From Nitrospinota bacterium (GTDB lineage: Bacteria > UBA8248), in contig VXPH01000008.1 of assembly GCA_009839615.1 (NCBI GenBank), positions 10,949-74,948 of the forward strand: 64,000 nucleotides of DNA. The letters are read 5' to 3'. The notes under the pieces were generated by a model. The model saw only the letters and a program-made list of their open reading frames with translations, was not told the origin of the DNA and ran no database searches. The translations under genes were made by a program, and so were the position numbers. Shown in pieces: positions 10,450-19,800 of the stretch; the stretch's first letter is position 1, and each line of letters begins with the position of its first letter.

Positions 10450-13047
10450 CTATGCGCCCACCTCCTGGGGCTTCTCCGCCTTGCGGACCTGGATCTCCAC
10501 GCCCTGGCGGCCCGGCGCGCCGCCGGTGTTCAGCGCCGATCCCCCGTGTGCGCGCAAACAGCCCTCCGGCGCGAAGGCGACGCCCACGGGCGCGTTCTTG
10601 TCGACATGCGCGGGAAGCCGCACGAGAACGCCTGCCACTTCGAATTCCATGAGTTCACCGTCCACAACTCCCAGACTCCCTGCATCGCTCGGCGAGAGGG
10701 CGAGCGCGGCTTCGGGCATGTCGGCCAGATGATGGGCCGACCCCGCATAAGCTCCCGAGAGCCACAAGACGGGCGTCAGCAGCATCCTCAAGCCCGGCGC
10801 CTGCGCTTCTTTCTCCGGAATCTGCGCGATCTGGTAGGCGCGCCGCCCTTCTCTCTTGAGATGCAGACCCTCGTCGGGAATACGGCCGAAGGCGTCCGCA
10901 TAATCGCCGACCAGCGAGCGCGCCTGAATCCGGATTTTGTCCAGCGCGTTCGCCCGCATGGGCCGCTCCATCGCCTTGGCGATATCGGCGAAGGCCCGCC
11001 ATGCTTCGGGGACCATCTTGTCGATCATCGGCTTGAGCGCGCGCGGGAGAGACTGCGCCCTGCGCTCCAGGTTCGTGACGCTGCCCGCCTCCTCATACAG
11101 CGTGGGCGCGGGGATCACGACGTCCGCGTATTCTGCGCTCGCGTTCAGGTGAGAAGTCTGCAGGACGACGAATTCGGCTTTCTCCAGCGCTTCTCTCGCC
11201 CGCGCGCCGTCGGGATGCTCAGCCACCGGGTCGCAGCCCAGAACGTAAAGCCCTTTCAGTTCACCGCTCCCGAGACCATCGAGTATGCCTCTTGCATCTC
11301 TGCCGGCTTGCGCGCCGGGCGCCCTTCCCCACGCCTCCGCGCAGGCGGCTCGCGCGGCCTCATCCGACAAATCGCCGCCGGGCAGGGATTCGGGGTGCAA
11401 GCCCATGTCGATTGCGCCTTGTAAGTTCGGCGCGCCGGCCGCGAAGAGCATGTTGGCGCGGAGCAGGAGCCCCAGGTTGATAGCCTCCGATACGGCGACC
11501 TTCCCGGTCTCCCCGGGGCCTGAGAGTATGCTCACGGGGCCGTCCGCCGCCAGGGTCGCCCGGGCGGCGGTCATGATGTCATCAGACGGCACATCGGCCT
11601 CTTCGCACAGGCGGTTCAAGTCCACGGAACCCAGGAGTGCGGCGTAGTCTTCCGCGTTCTCCCCTTCGGGTTTCGCGCCGCCGTCCGCGAGGCATATCGC
11701 CAGCGCGCGCAGCGTCCGCGAGATGCCGCCCAGCACCGGCACCAGATGATGCACCCGGCTCTGAACGCGCAAGTCGATGCGCCTTTGGTTCACGTTGACG
11801 ACCACCGCGCCCGCCCGGTGCGCTTTTCTGATCTGAAGCGCGAGTATGGGGTGCTGCGTGAACGGGTCGCTGCCCACGATGATGACGGCCTTCGAACGCC
11901 CCAACGCCTCGATGGAGCCCGCACCGCCTACGCCGTCCAGGGCGGCGCGCTGTAAGTCCGTCTGCACGATGTCGCGCGGATGAATCCGGCTATCCACGTG
12001 GTTGGTTCCCAGAACCGAGCGCATGAAGGCGCCGAACTGATAGGCGGTTTCGTTCGTGGAATGGGCTCCGCCCAGGCCGGCGATTGCGCCGCCGCCCGCT
12101 TCCTCGATAATTGAGCCCAAGCCCCGCTCCGCCTCGCCGATAGCCTCCGCCCAGCCGACTGGCGTCAGCTCGCCGTCTTTTCGGATCATCGGCTGGGTGA
12201 TGCGCCCCTCGCCGTGCGCTCCGCTCCAGCCAAAGCGCGCGACGTCGCAAATCCAGGTGTCGTTGACTTTTTCGTTCTCCGCCGCCGTGACGCGCTTGAT
12301 CTCGCCGTCCTTCGTCCAGACGCCCTGGCGGCAGCCCACGCTGCACAGCGTGCAGGGACCTTGCGTTTCCTGCATCTCCCAGACGCGGGCGGTGAAGCGG
12401 TATTTGTTGTCCGTGAGCGCGCCGACGGGGCAGATGTCGATGACGTTGCCGGAAACGATGCTCGTGAGCGGGAGGTCTTCGTAGATGCCCACCTCGGTCT
12501 TGTCGCCCCGCTGCGCCCAGCCGAACTCCGCCCCGCCGTCGATCTCCTCGGTGAAGCGGATGCACCGGGTGCAGTGCACGCAGCGGTTCATCTCCGGCTT
12601 GATGAAGGGGCTCATCTCCTTGGGCGGATAAATGCGCCGGAACTCGTGCGTCCTACTGATCGCCTTGCCGTAGGCCATGGTCTGATCCTGCAGGGGGCAT
12701 TCGCCGCCCTGGTCGCACACCGGGCAATCGAGCGGGTGGTTCTTGAGCAGGAACTCGAACACCCCCTCCTGGGCCTCGATGACGCGCGGGGTCACGGAGC
12801 TGATTACCATGCCCTCGGCCGCATACGTGGCGCAGGAGGGCTGGAGCTTGGGTATCGGCCTGCCGTTTCCGGCGTCGAGCACCTCGACGAGACAGGCCCG
12901 GCACTGGCCCACGATGGAGAGGTTCTTGTGGTAGCAGAAATGCGGAACGTGCGCGCCGATGCGGAGCGCGGCCTCCAGCACGGGCAGACTCTTGTCCATC
13001 GTGATGCTCTGGTCGTTGAATACGAAGGTTACCTGCTCATTCGACAT
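10450..13047 (-). CDS. nuoG: NADH-quinone oxidoreductase subunit G (75 kDa, molybdopterin-like)
   Basis: 865 aa. N-terminal 2Fe-2S and 4Fe-4S Cys clusters (CYHKNLSIVGQCRACLVEV; CPVCDQGGEC; CVHCTRCIRF), then a molybdopterin oxidoreductase-like domain. Confidence 0.92.
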   Translation of the reverse strand: MSNEQVTFVFNDQSITMDKSLPVLEAALRIGAHVPHFCYHKNLSIVGQCRACLVEVLDAGNGRPIPKLQPSCATYAAEGMVISSVTPRVIEAQEGVFEFLLKNHPLDCPVCDQGGECPLQDQTMAYGKAISRTHEFRRIYPPKEMSPFIKPEMNRCVHCTRCIRFTEEIDGGAEFGWAQRGDKTEVGIYEDLPLTSIVSGNVIDICPVGALTDNKYRFTARVWEMQETQGPCTLCSVGCRQGVWTKDGEIKRVTAAENEKVNDTWICDVARFGWSGAHGEGRITQPMIRKDGELTPVGWAEAIGEAERGLGSIIEEAGGGAIAGLGGAHSTNETAYQFGAFMRSVLGTNHVDSRIHPRDIVQTDLQRAALDGVGGAGSIEALGRSKAVIIVGSDPFTQHPILALQIRKAHRAGAVVVNVNQRRIDLRVQSRVHHLVPVLGGISRTLRALAICLADGGAKPEGENAEDYAALLGSVDLNRLCEEADVPSDDIMTAARATLAADGPVSILSGPGETGKVAVSEAINLGLLLRANMLFAAGAPNLQGAIDMGLHPESLPGGDLSDEAARAACAEAWGRAPGAQAGRDARGILDGLGSGELKGLYVLGCDPVAEHPDGARAREALEKAEFVVLQTSHLNASAEYADVVIPAPTLYEEAGSVTNLERRAQSLPRALKPMIDKMVPEAWRAFADIAKAMERPMRANALDKIRIQARSLVGDYADAFGRIPDEGLHLKREGRRAYQIAQIPEKEAQAPGLRMLLTPVLWLSGAYAGSAHHLADMPEAALALSPSDAGSLGVVDGELMEFEVAGVLVRLPAHVDKNAPVGVAFAPEGCLRAHGGSALNTGGAPGRQGVEIQVRKAEKPQEVGA

Positions 13048-13064
13048 CTATCGCCTCTCCCCCA

Positions 13065-14369
13065 TCACATCGCGGCGGGATACGGGCTGCCCAGCGGACA
13101 GCGCCCCAGAGAGATGTGCGCTTCGAACTCATCGTAAAACTTCGTCAGGAACGCGCCGAACATCATGGCGCACGCATCAGAGAGCACGCAGATGGTGTTG
13201 CCACGCATGTTGGGGTCTATCGACGCGAGCGTCTCCAGATCGTCGGGCACCCCCTCGCCCCGCTCGATGCGCGCCAGAATCTCGGACACCCAGCCGGTTC
13301 CCTCACGGCAGACCGAGCACTGACCGCAGGATTCGTGCTCGAAAAAGGCGGCGAGCCTGCCCGCGGCCTGCACCATGCACGTGGTCTCGTCCATGACGAT
13401 GACCCCGCCGCTGCCGCCCATGCTGCCCGCCTTCGCGAGGGAATCGAAATCCATCTTCACCTTGTCTTCATATACTTCCTTCGCGGTGAGGGCGGGCGCG
13501 CTCGCGCCGCCGGGAATCACCGCCTTGAGCGCCGCGCCGTTCCGCATGCCGCCGCAGTGCTCGTGAATCATCTCCTCGCACGTGAGGCCGAGCGGCAGTT
13601 CATACAGGCCCGGCTTCGCCACGTGGCCCGAGACGCAGTACATGCGGGTGCCGGAGTTTTTCTCGTCAATCCCGATGCCGGCGAACCACTCCGCCCCCTT
13701 GTTCACGATGTGGGGGAGATTCGCGAGCGTCTCCACGTTGTTGATGACCGTGGGCCGCGCATAGAGGCCGATGACCGCCGGGAACGGCGGCTTGAGTCGC
13801 GGATGCCCGCGCTTGCCCTCGAGCGACTCCAGAAGCCCGGTCTCCTCGCCGCAGATGTAGGCGCCTGCGCCGCGGTGGGTATAGATATCGCACGAAAATC
13901 CGCTGCCCATGATGTTCCGGCCGACGTAGCCCTTCTCATAAGCCTCGGCCAGTGCCTTTTCCACCGCGCGCCAGGGGGCGACGAACTCGCCGCGAATGTA
14001 GATGTAGGCCTTCTCGATGCCCACGGCGTAACACGCGATGAGGATGCCCTCGATGAGCTGGTGCGGGTCACGCAGCATGAGTTCGCGATCCTTGAACGTG
14101 CCAGGCTCTCCCTCATCCGCGTTCACGGCCAGGTATTTCGGCCCGTCCACCTGGGGCACGAAGCTCCACTTGAGGCCGCACGGGAAACCCGCGCCGCCGC
14201 GCCCGCGCAGGCCCGAGGACTTCACCATTTCGATGACGTCGGCAGGTTCGACGCCGCCCAGGAGCCCCCGGATCGCCTCATAGCCGCCCGTGGCCTCATA
14301 ACCTGCGATATGAAGCGCATCGGGATTATCGAACCGGCCCGTCACGATTTTCTCTAACACCAACGCCAT
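13065..14369 (-). CDS. nuoF: NADH-quinone oxidoreductase subunit F (51 kDa, FMN/NADH-binding)
   Basis: 434 aa; GAGAYICGEETGLLESLEG FMN motif and C-terminal CGQCSVCREG 4Fe-4S motif. Confidence 0.93.
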   Translation of the reverse strand: MALVLEKIVTGRFDNPDALHIAGYEATGGYEAIRGLLGGVEPADVIEMVKSSGLRGRGGAGFPCGLKWSFVPQVDGPKYLAVNADEGEPGTFKDRELMLRDPHQLIEGILIACYAVGIEKAYIYIRGEFVAPWRAVEKALAEAYEKGYVGRNIMGSGFSCDIYTHRGAGAYICGEETGLLESLEGKRGHPRLKPPFPAVIGLYARPTVINNVETLANLPHIVNKGAEWFAGIGIDEKNSGTRMYCVSGHVAKPGLYELPLGLTCEEMIHEHCGGMRNGAALKAVIPGGASAPALTAKEVYEDKVKMDFDSLAKAGSMGGSGGVIVMDETTCMVQAAGRLAAFFEHESCGQCSVCREGTGWVSEILARIERGEGVPDDLETLASIDPNMRGNTICVLSDACAMMFGAFLTKFYDEFEAHISLGRCPLGSPYPAAM

Positions 14370-14379
14370 TTTGAGGTCC

Positions 14380-14979
14380 TCAGCCCTGGCCTTTGCCGTC
14401 TGTTTCTTCGGCGCCTGCCAGAGCGGGCGATACCACCTCGTCCGCCCCGATGGGCGAGACGGCCTCGCCCTTTTCCAACGCGCCGAAGATATCGTTCATG
14501 ATCTCGGGCGTGACGCACTCGAAGTAGTGTTCGTTCACCTGCACGCAGGGAGCGCCCCCGCAGGCGCCCAGGCACTCGACCGCCTCTATGGAGAACTTCC
14601 CGTCCTCGCGCGTATGGCCGACGCGGCAGTCCAGGCGGTTTTCGATATCGCGCAGCAGCCTGCCCGCTCCCATAAGGGCGCACGAGAGGTTGTTGCACAC
14701 CTGTACGTGGTATTCCCCGATGGGCTGGGTCTTGAGCATGGTGTAGAAGCTCACCACGCCCCATACCTCCATGGGAGAGACCTCGAAGATCTCGGCCACA
14801 TGCTGCATCACCGCGCTGGTGATGAAGCCCTCCTGCTCCTGGGCCAGTTGAAGCGCGGGGATCAGGGCCGAGCGCTTCACCGGATATTTGGCGATGATGC
14901 GCTCTAATTCCGCGCGGTTCTCGGGCGTGAACTCGAAGCGCTCTTCCTGCCCGGAATGGGGAAACCGTATCAACGCCAA
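14380..14979 (-). CDS. nuoE: NADH-quinone oxidoreductase subunit E (24 kDa, 2Fe-2S)
   Basis: 199 aa; thioredoxin-like 2Fe-2S motifs (VCNNLSCALMG...CLGACGGAPC). Confidence 0.92.
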   Translation of the reverse strand: MALIRFPHSGQEERFEFTPENRAELERIIAKYPVKRSALIPALQLAQEQEGFITSAVMQHVAEIFEVSPMEVWGVVSFYTMLKTQPIGEYHVQVCNNLSCALMGAGRLLRDIENRLDCRVGHTREDGKFSIEAVECLGACGGAPCVQVNEHYFECVTPEIMNDIFGALEKGEAVSPIGADEVVSPALAGAEETDGKGQG

Positions 14980-15003
14980 AACAATACCACCCTCTATTTC
15001 ACC

Positions 15004-16230
15004 CTAGCGATCTATCTCGCCCAACACGATGTCGATGCTGCCGATGGCGGCCACGACGTCGCCCATCAGCCCGCCCCGGGTGATCTCGCCGAGCGCGTGG
15101 AGGTTCGCGAAACTCGGCGCGCGCACCTTTACCTTGTAAGGGTCCGGGCTGCCGTCGCTGATCATGTAAAAGCCAAGCTCCCCCCGGGGGGACTCGATGG
15201 CCTGGTACACCTCGCCCTCGGGCACGCTGTAGCCTTCGGTGAAAATCTTGAAGTGGTGGATCAGCGCCTCCATGTCGTGGGCCAGCTGCTCCTTGGGCGG
15301 CGGCACCACCTTGGGGTTGTCCGCCATGAGCGGCCCCTCGGGCATTCCCTCGAGCACCTGCATGGCGATGCGCCGGGACTCGCGCATCTCGGCAACCCGC
15401 ACCAGATACCTGTCCAGAATGTCGCCCCGCTCGCCCACGGGGACCTCGAAGTTGAACTCCTCATAGCCCGAGTAGGGCTCGTTCTTGCGGATGTCGTAGG
15501 GTACGCCGCAGGCCCGGAGCAGCGGCCCCGTGATGCCGAGCGCATAGGCCTGCTCGGCCGTCATGGCGCAAACGCCCTCCGCGCGCCTCAGGTAGATGGG
15601 GTTGTTCGTGAGCAGTTCCTCATACTCGTCCACGCGATCCGAGAAGGGTTCCAGAAACGCCCGGCAATCCTCGTAAAACTCCGGATACGGCTCGCGCGCG
15701 ACGCCGCCCACGCGGAAATAGCTCGTCATCATGCGCACGCCCGAGACTTTCTCGAAAATCTTCAGGAGCTGCTCGCGCTCTCTGAAGCAATAGAGAAAGA
15801 CCGTCATCGCGCCCAGATCGAGCGCGTGGGTGCCGAGCCAGACCAGGTGGCTGTTCAGGCGCGTCATCTCCGCGAGCAGCACCCGCAGATACCTACACCG
15901 CCTGGGAACCTCCATATCCAGGAGTTTCTCGACCGCCAGAACGAAGCCGAGGTTGTTCGACATGGGCGCCAGGTAATCCATGCGGTCGGTCATGGGGAGG
16001 GCCTTGTTGTAGGTTTTCTCCTCCATGTTCTTCTCGATGCCGGTGTGCAGGTAGCCGATGACGGGCTTGCACGAGAGCACCGTCTCGCCGTCGAGTTCGA
16101 GCACCACGCGCAGAACCCCGTGGGTGCTCGGGTGCTGCGGCCCCATGTTGAGCGTCATGGTCTCGGTCTGGATGGGACCGAGCATGTCGCTGTCGAGGGG
16201 GTCCGTCTGCCGGGTTTGCGTGGCCATCAA
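15004..16230 (-). CDS. nuoD: NADH-quinone oxidoreductase subunit D (49 kDa)
   Basis: 408 aa; NMGPQHPSTHGVLR...IVLGEIDR. Confidence 0.93.
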   Translation of the reverse strand: MMATQTRQTDPLDSDMLGPIQTETMTLNMGPQHPSTHGVLRVVLELDGETVLSCKPVIGYLHTGIEKNMEEKTYNKALPMTDRMDYLAPMSNNLGFVLAVEKLLDMEVPRRCRYLRVLLAEMTRLNSHLVWLGTHALDLGAMTVFLYCFREREQLLKIFEKVSGVRMMTSYFRVGGVAREPYPEFYEDCRAFLEPFSDRVDEYEELLTNNPIYLRRAEGVCAMTAEQAYALGITGPLLRACGVPYDIRKNEPYSGYEEFNFEVPVGERGDILDRYLVRVAEMRESRRIAMQVLEGMPEGPLMADNPKVVPPPKEQLAHDMEALIHHFKIFTEGYSVPEGEVYQAIESPRGELGFYMISDGSPDPYKVKVRAPSFANLHALGEITRGGLMGDVVAAIGSIDIVLGEIDR

Positions 16231-16245
16231 AGGCTCCTGTGATCC

Positions 16246-16806
16246 TTATTCCGCCGCCCTGGGCTTGCCCGCGGGGGTATCCCGGAAGGTGAACGCCACG
16301 GGTTCTGCGGAGATGTCGAAATCCTTGCGGTGGGGATGCCCCTCGAACCCCTCGGGCGTGAGGATGCGCTCGAGTTCGGGATGTCCCTCGAAGGTGATCC
16401 CCAGAAGGTCGTACGCCTCGCTCTCATGGAGCCTCGCGCCCGGCCATACCCCGCAGACGCTGGGCATCGCCGGTTCGAGATCGTCCGCGCAGGGGGCCTC
16501 GAGCCGCAGACGCTGCGATTTCTCAGGATTCAGGAGCGAATACGTCACCTTGAACCGGTAGGAAACCGGCAGTTCCAGACAATCCACCCCGCAGACGAAG
16601 CTCAGCAGCTTGTAGCCCCTCTCGTCACGCAGAAACCGCGCCGCATCGAGCAGGGCGGCCGGCGCGATTTGCGCGGAAATCTGGCCGCGATGCTCGCGCG
16701 CCCCGAGAAAACCCTCCCCGATTTTCGCCTGAAGCAAAACGAGGTCGGGGTCTTTGTTCTCGACCGGCTCTTCGGCCTCCGTCTGCTCCCGCTCCTCTTC
16801 GCTCAA
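16246..16806 (-). CDS. nuoC: NADH-quinone oxidoreductase subunit C (30 kDa)
   Basis: 186 aa; paralog of 1432-2034; position. Confidence 0.88.
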   Translation of the reverse strand: MSEEEREQTEAEEPVENKDPDLVLLQAKIGEGFLGAREHRGQISAQIAPAALLDAARFLRDERGYKLLSFVCGVDCLELPVSYRFKVTYSLLNPEKSQRLRLEAPCADDLEPAMPSVCGVWPGARLHESEAYDLLGITFEGHPELERILTPEGFEGHPHRKDFDISAEPVAFTFRDTPAGKPRAAE

Positions 16807-16913
16807 CGGCCCAATCCCTCATTTCTCAAAGGTTTGTATCGCACGAGAAAGCGCTCACCCCGCCCCTGCTCTGACTTTCAACTCACGTGGCGTGGGGAGC
16901 CTTCTCACATCAT

Positions 16914-17411
16914 CTAAAGCGAGGTGACGCCGGAATCCTCTCGGTAGAGCGTTTCATCCGCAATCTTCGCCTGGAGCTTCATGATCCCGTCGATGAGCGT
17001 TTCGGGACGCGGCGGACAGCCCGGCACGTAGATATCGACGGGCACGACCTCGTCCACGCCCTGCACGAGCGCGTAGTTGTTGAATATCCCGCCCGTGGAT
17101 GCGCACGCGCCCATGGAAATCACCCATTTCGGCTCGGGCATCTGATCGTATATCTGCCGGAGCACGGGCGCCATCTTGCGCGACACCCGGCCCGCCACGA
17201 TCATCAAGTCCGCCTGGCGCGGCGACGCGCGGAACACCTCGGCGCCGAAGCGCGAGATGTCGTATTTCGCCGCCGAGGTCGACATCATCTCGATGGCGCA
17301 GCACGCCAGGCCGAAAAGCGCCGGCCACAGGCTGTTCTTACGCGCCCACTTGATGACGTCGGTCGCGCGGCCCAGCACCACCTGGCCTTCGAGTTGTTGT
17401 TCTAGTCCCAT
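16914..17411 (-). CDS. nuoB: NADH-quinone oxidoreductase subunit B (20 kDa)
   Basis: [28 protein letters not shown] motifs. Start placed at internal Met (MGLEQQLEG), overlapping the nuoA stop by ~10 nt, the same arrangement as in the second cluster. The upstream 73-aa extension in ORF 16914-17630 is Arg-rich and unsupported. Confidence 0.88.
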   Translation of the reverse strand: MGLEQQLEGQVVLGRATDVIKWARKNSLWPALFGLACCAIEMMSTSAAKYDISRFGAEVFRASPRQADLMIVAGRVSRKMAPVLRQIYDQMPEPKWVISMGACASTGGIFNNYALVQGVDEVVPVDIYVPGCPPRPETLIDGIMKLQAKIADETLYREDSGVTSL

Positions 17412-17806
17412 TCGAGCGCTCCCCGGCGCCACTCGTATATCAGGCTGGCCACGAGCAGAGCCATGAAAGGCAGAACCGCGAGAAACGCGTATACGCCCAT
17501 GCTCTTGAGGTTCACCGCCCACGGATACAGGAAGATGAGCTCCACGTCGAAGACAATGAACAGTATCGCCACCAGAAAGAATTTCACGCTGAAACGCCCG
17601 CGCGCGTTCGATTCGGGCACGATGCCGCACTCATAGGCGAAGTCCTTCTCCACCGTGGACTTGCGCCTGCCCAGCAGGAACGTCACGCCCAGGTTCACGA
17701 CGGCGAACCCGACCGCCAGCGCTATCAGAATCAATATGGGCAAATACTCTTCCGGCATTTCCCGCCCCCACGGCGCTTGAATACGCACCTTTTTCTCATG
17801 CCACAT
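17402..17806 (-). CDS. nuoA: NADH-quinone oxidoreductase subunit A
   Basis: 134 aa, PYECG and [12 protein letters not shown] motifs. An alternative start 16 codons downstream (MPEEYLPIL) is possible. Confidence 0.88.
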   Translation of the reverse strand: MWHEKKVRIQAPWGREMPEEYLPILILIALAVGFAVVNLGVTFLLGRRKSTVEKDFAYECGIVPESNARGRFSVKFFLVAILFIVFDVELIFLYPWAVNLKSMGVYAFLAVLPFMALLVASLIYEWRRGALEWD

Positions 17807-18086
17807 GGGAATTCAAATCGGGCGCATCTTACGGCTGGCATCCCGTGGTGTCAACAATTCGCCGCCCCATACAATATAAACCAAAAACCGCCCCGAACGA
17901 CACGCAGTCCCTATTCCATTTCGTTGTGCGCGCGGCGAAAATTTCGGCGTTTTTCTCTCCTCGAAAATAGGGTATCTTGAAGCCGTGTGGAACCTTCGCC
18001 GCCATCCGGCGTCTAAAGTCGCGGGAGATGGGGTGCGGAGAAGAATCCAAAGGCCTCGCTCTCGCGCGAGCAGGAGGGCTTCAGCC
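17807..18086. promoter_or_regulatory. divergent intergenic region: promoter of the 14-gene nuo operon (minus) and of hdc (plus)
   Basis: 280-nt non-coding, relatively AT-rich spacer between divergently oriented genes. No specific boxes assigned. Confidence 0.4.
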
Positions 18087-19217
18087 ATGAACGAACCGAA
18101 TCCACTCATCAAAGCGCATCTCGACGCCTTGAAGCGCGACTTCGAGGAACTGGCCCGGCGGCAGGTGGGCTATCCCTGCAACCAGAGTTTCGACTATTCG
18201 GACTTGACGCCATTTCTGGAATACACCCTCAACAACATCGGCGACCCCTTTCACGACAGCAATTTCCGCAGCAACACGCATGAGATCGAGCGCGAGGTCA
18301 TCGCCCGGTTCGCCTCCCTGATGCGCCTGGAACAGGAGCAGGCCTGGGGCTACGTCACCGCCGGCGGAACCGAGGGCAACATGTACGGCATCTACATGGG
18401 ACGGGAGCTGTTCCCGGACGGCATGGTGTATTTCTCCCAGGACACCCACTACAGCGTCCTCAAGATTCTGCGCGTGCTGAACGTGCGCAACATCATGATC
18501 AAGAGCCGGGACGACGGAGAGATCGACTACGAGGACCTCCGCGAGACCATACGCATCCACCGCGACGTCCCCGTCATCTTCATGGCGAACATCGGCTCCA
18601 CGATGAAGGGCGCCGTGGACGACGTGGGCAAGGTGCGCGGCATCCTGGACGATCTGGCGATCACGAACGCCTACATTCACGCGGACGCCGCCCTGAGCGG
18701 CATGATCCTGCCCTTCGTCGACGAGCCGCAGCCCTACGGGTTCGACGCGGGCTTCGACAGCGTGTCCATCAGCGGCCACAAGCTCATCGGCTGCCCGCTG
18801 CCCTGCGGCGTCGTGCTGACGAAACGCGATTACGTGGCGCGCATCGCGCGCTCGATAGAATACGTCGGCGTGCTCGACACCACGCTGCCCGGCTCGCGCA
18901 ACGCGCTGACGCCGCTCATGCTGTGGTACGCCTTCGAGCGCCTGGGGATGGACGGGTTCCGGGAACTCGTGGCGGAGATGCTCGCGGTCGCCGAGTACGC
19001 GGTCGAGCGCTTCGGCGAATTCGGGGTCCCCGCGTGGCGCCACAAGAACTCGGTGACGGTCGTATTCCCGAGACCCCCGGCCGAGGTGTCGCGCAAGTGG
19101 CAGATCGCCCCGCTGGGAGACATCGCCCACATCATCACCATGCCGCACGTCACGCGCGAGATGGTGAACGAATTCGTCGACGACTGCGTGAAGCAAAAAC
19201 ACAGGCGAACGGCCTGA
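18087..19217 (+). CDS. hdc: pyridoxal-dependent histidine decarboxylase (Gram-negative Hdc type, group II decarboxylase)
   Basis: 376 aa from ATG 18087 with AGGAGGG SD. Full-length resemblance to enterobacterial Hdc as recalled from memory: WGYVTxGGTEGNM, SQDTHYSV, HADAALSGMILPFV, SISGHK PLP-lysine motif, NSITVVFP. Confidence 0.8.
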   Translation: MNEPNPLIKAHLDALKRDFEELARRQVGYPCNQSFDYSDLTPFLEYTLNNIGDPFHDSNFRSNTHEIEREVIARFASLMRLEQEQAWGYVTAGGTEGNMYGIYMGRELFPDGMVYFSQDTHYSVLKILRVLNVRNIMIKSRDDGEIDYEDLRETIRIHRDVPVIFMANIGSTMKGAVDDVGKVRGILDDLAITNAYIHADAALSGMILPFVDEPQPYGFDAGFDSVSISGHKLIGCPLPCGVVLTKRDYVARIARSIEYVGVLDTTLPGSRNALTPLMLWYAFERLGMDGFRELVAEMLAVAEYAVERFGEFGVPAWRHKNSVTVVFPRPPAEVSRKWQIAPLGDIAHIITMPHVTREMVNEFVDDCVKQKHRRTA

Positions 19218-19229
19218 GGAGGATTCTTG

Positions 19230-19622
19230 ATGAATCGAATCATCATCACGGTGCGGGACGAGGTCGGCGTCATCGCGGACATCAGCAAGGCGCTGGCCGA
19301 TGAGAACATCAACATCGAGGCGATCAACACCGAGGTCGCCGGCGAAAAGGGCGTCGTCATCCTGACCACGAACGAGCCCGACCGCGCCCTGCGCGTGCTC
19401 ATGAACGCGGGCTTCCGGGCGATCTCGGACGAAGCGACGGTCATCAGGCTGCGCGACGAGCCGGGCGCTCTCGCCAAGGTGGCGGAGAAATTCAAGGTCG
19501 CGGGCGTGAACATCCAGAGCATGCACATCCTGAACCGCCACGCCGGTTACGCGAACGTTGCCCTCACCGCGGACGACGAGGCGAAAGCCAAAGCCCTGCT
19601 CGAAGACGAGGACGTGCTCTGA
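19230..19622 (+). CDS. ACT-domain protein (tandem ACT, small-molecule-binding regulatory domain)
   Basis: 131 aa; two ACT-like bab-abb repeats (IIITVRDEVGVIADISKALAD...; VIRLRDEPGALAKVAEKF). GAGGAGG SD 7 nt before ATG at 19230; 10 nt after the hdc stop. Confidence 0.7.
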   Translation: MNRIIITVRDEVGVIADISKALADENINIEAINTEVAGEKGVVILTTNEPDRALRVLMNAGFRAISDEATVIRLRDEPGALAKVAEKFKVAGVNIQSMHILNRHAGYANVALTADDEAKAKALLEDEDVL

Positions 19623-19675
19623 GGATTCCGTCAGGGTTATTCCCGAAGCGCGAATGGTAATTGCGATGGTTTTGT

Positions 19676-19700
19676 AGGGACAGGCCCCCGTGCCTGTCCG
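19676..19700 (+). terminator. GC hairpin after ACT gene (GGGACAGGC-CCCCGU-GCCUGUCC), part of a GTAGGG-type palindromic repeat copy
   Basis: Inverted repeat read directly. No strong U-tract, so more likely a REP-like element than a classical intrinsic terminator. Confidence 0.35.
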
Positions 19701-19800
19701 AAGAGGGACAACCACAAAGGGCAGGACAACCCGAAAGGGTTGCCCCTATGGCAGGCGATACATCCCCTGCAATCGGAATTCCTCCCTCATCGGTCGGAAT

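Noticed and set aside
18081-19715. 544-aa minus-strand ORF
   Set aside because: Antisense to the clearly homologous hdc and ACT genes. No SD; low-complexity translation.
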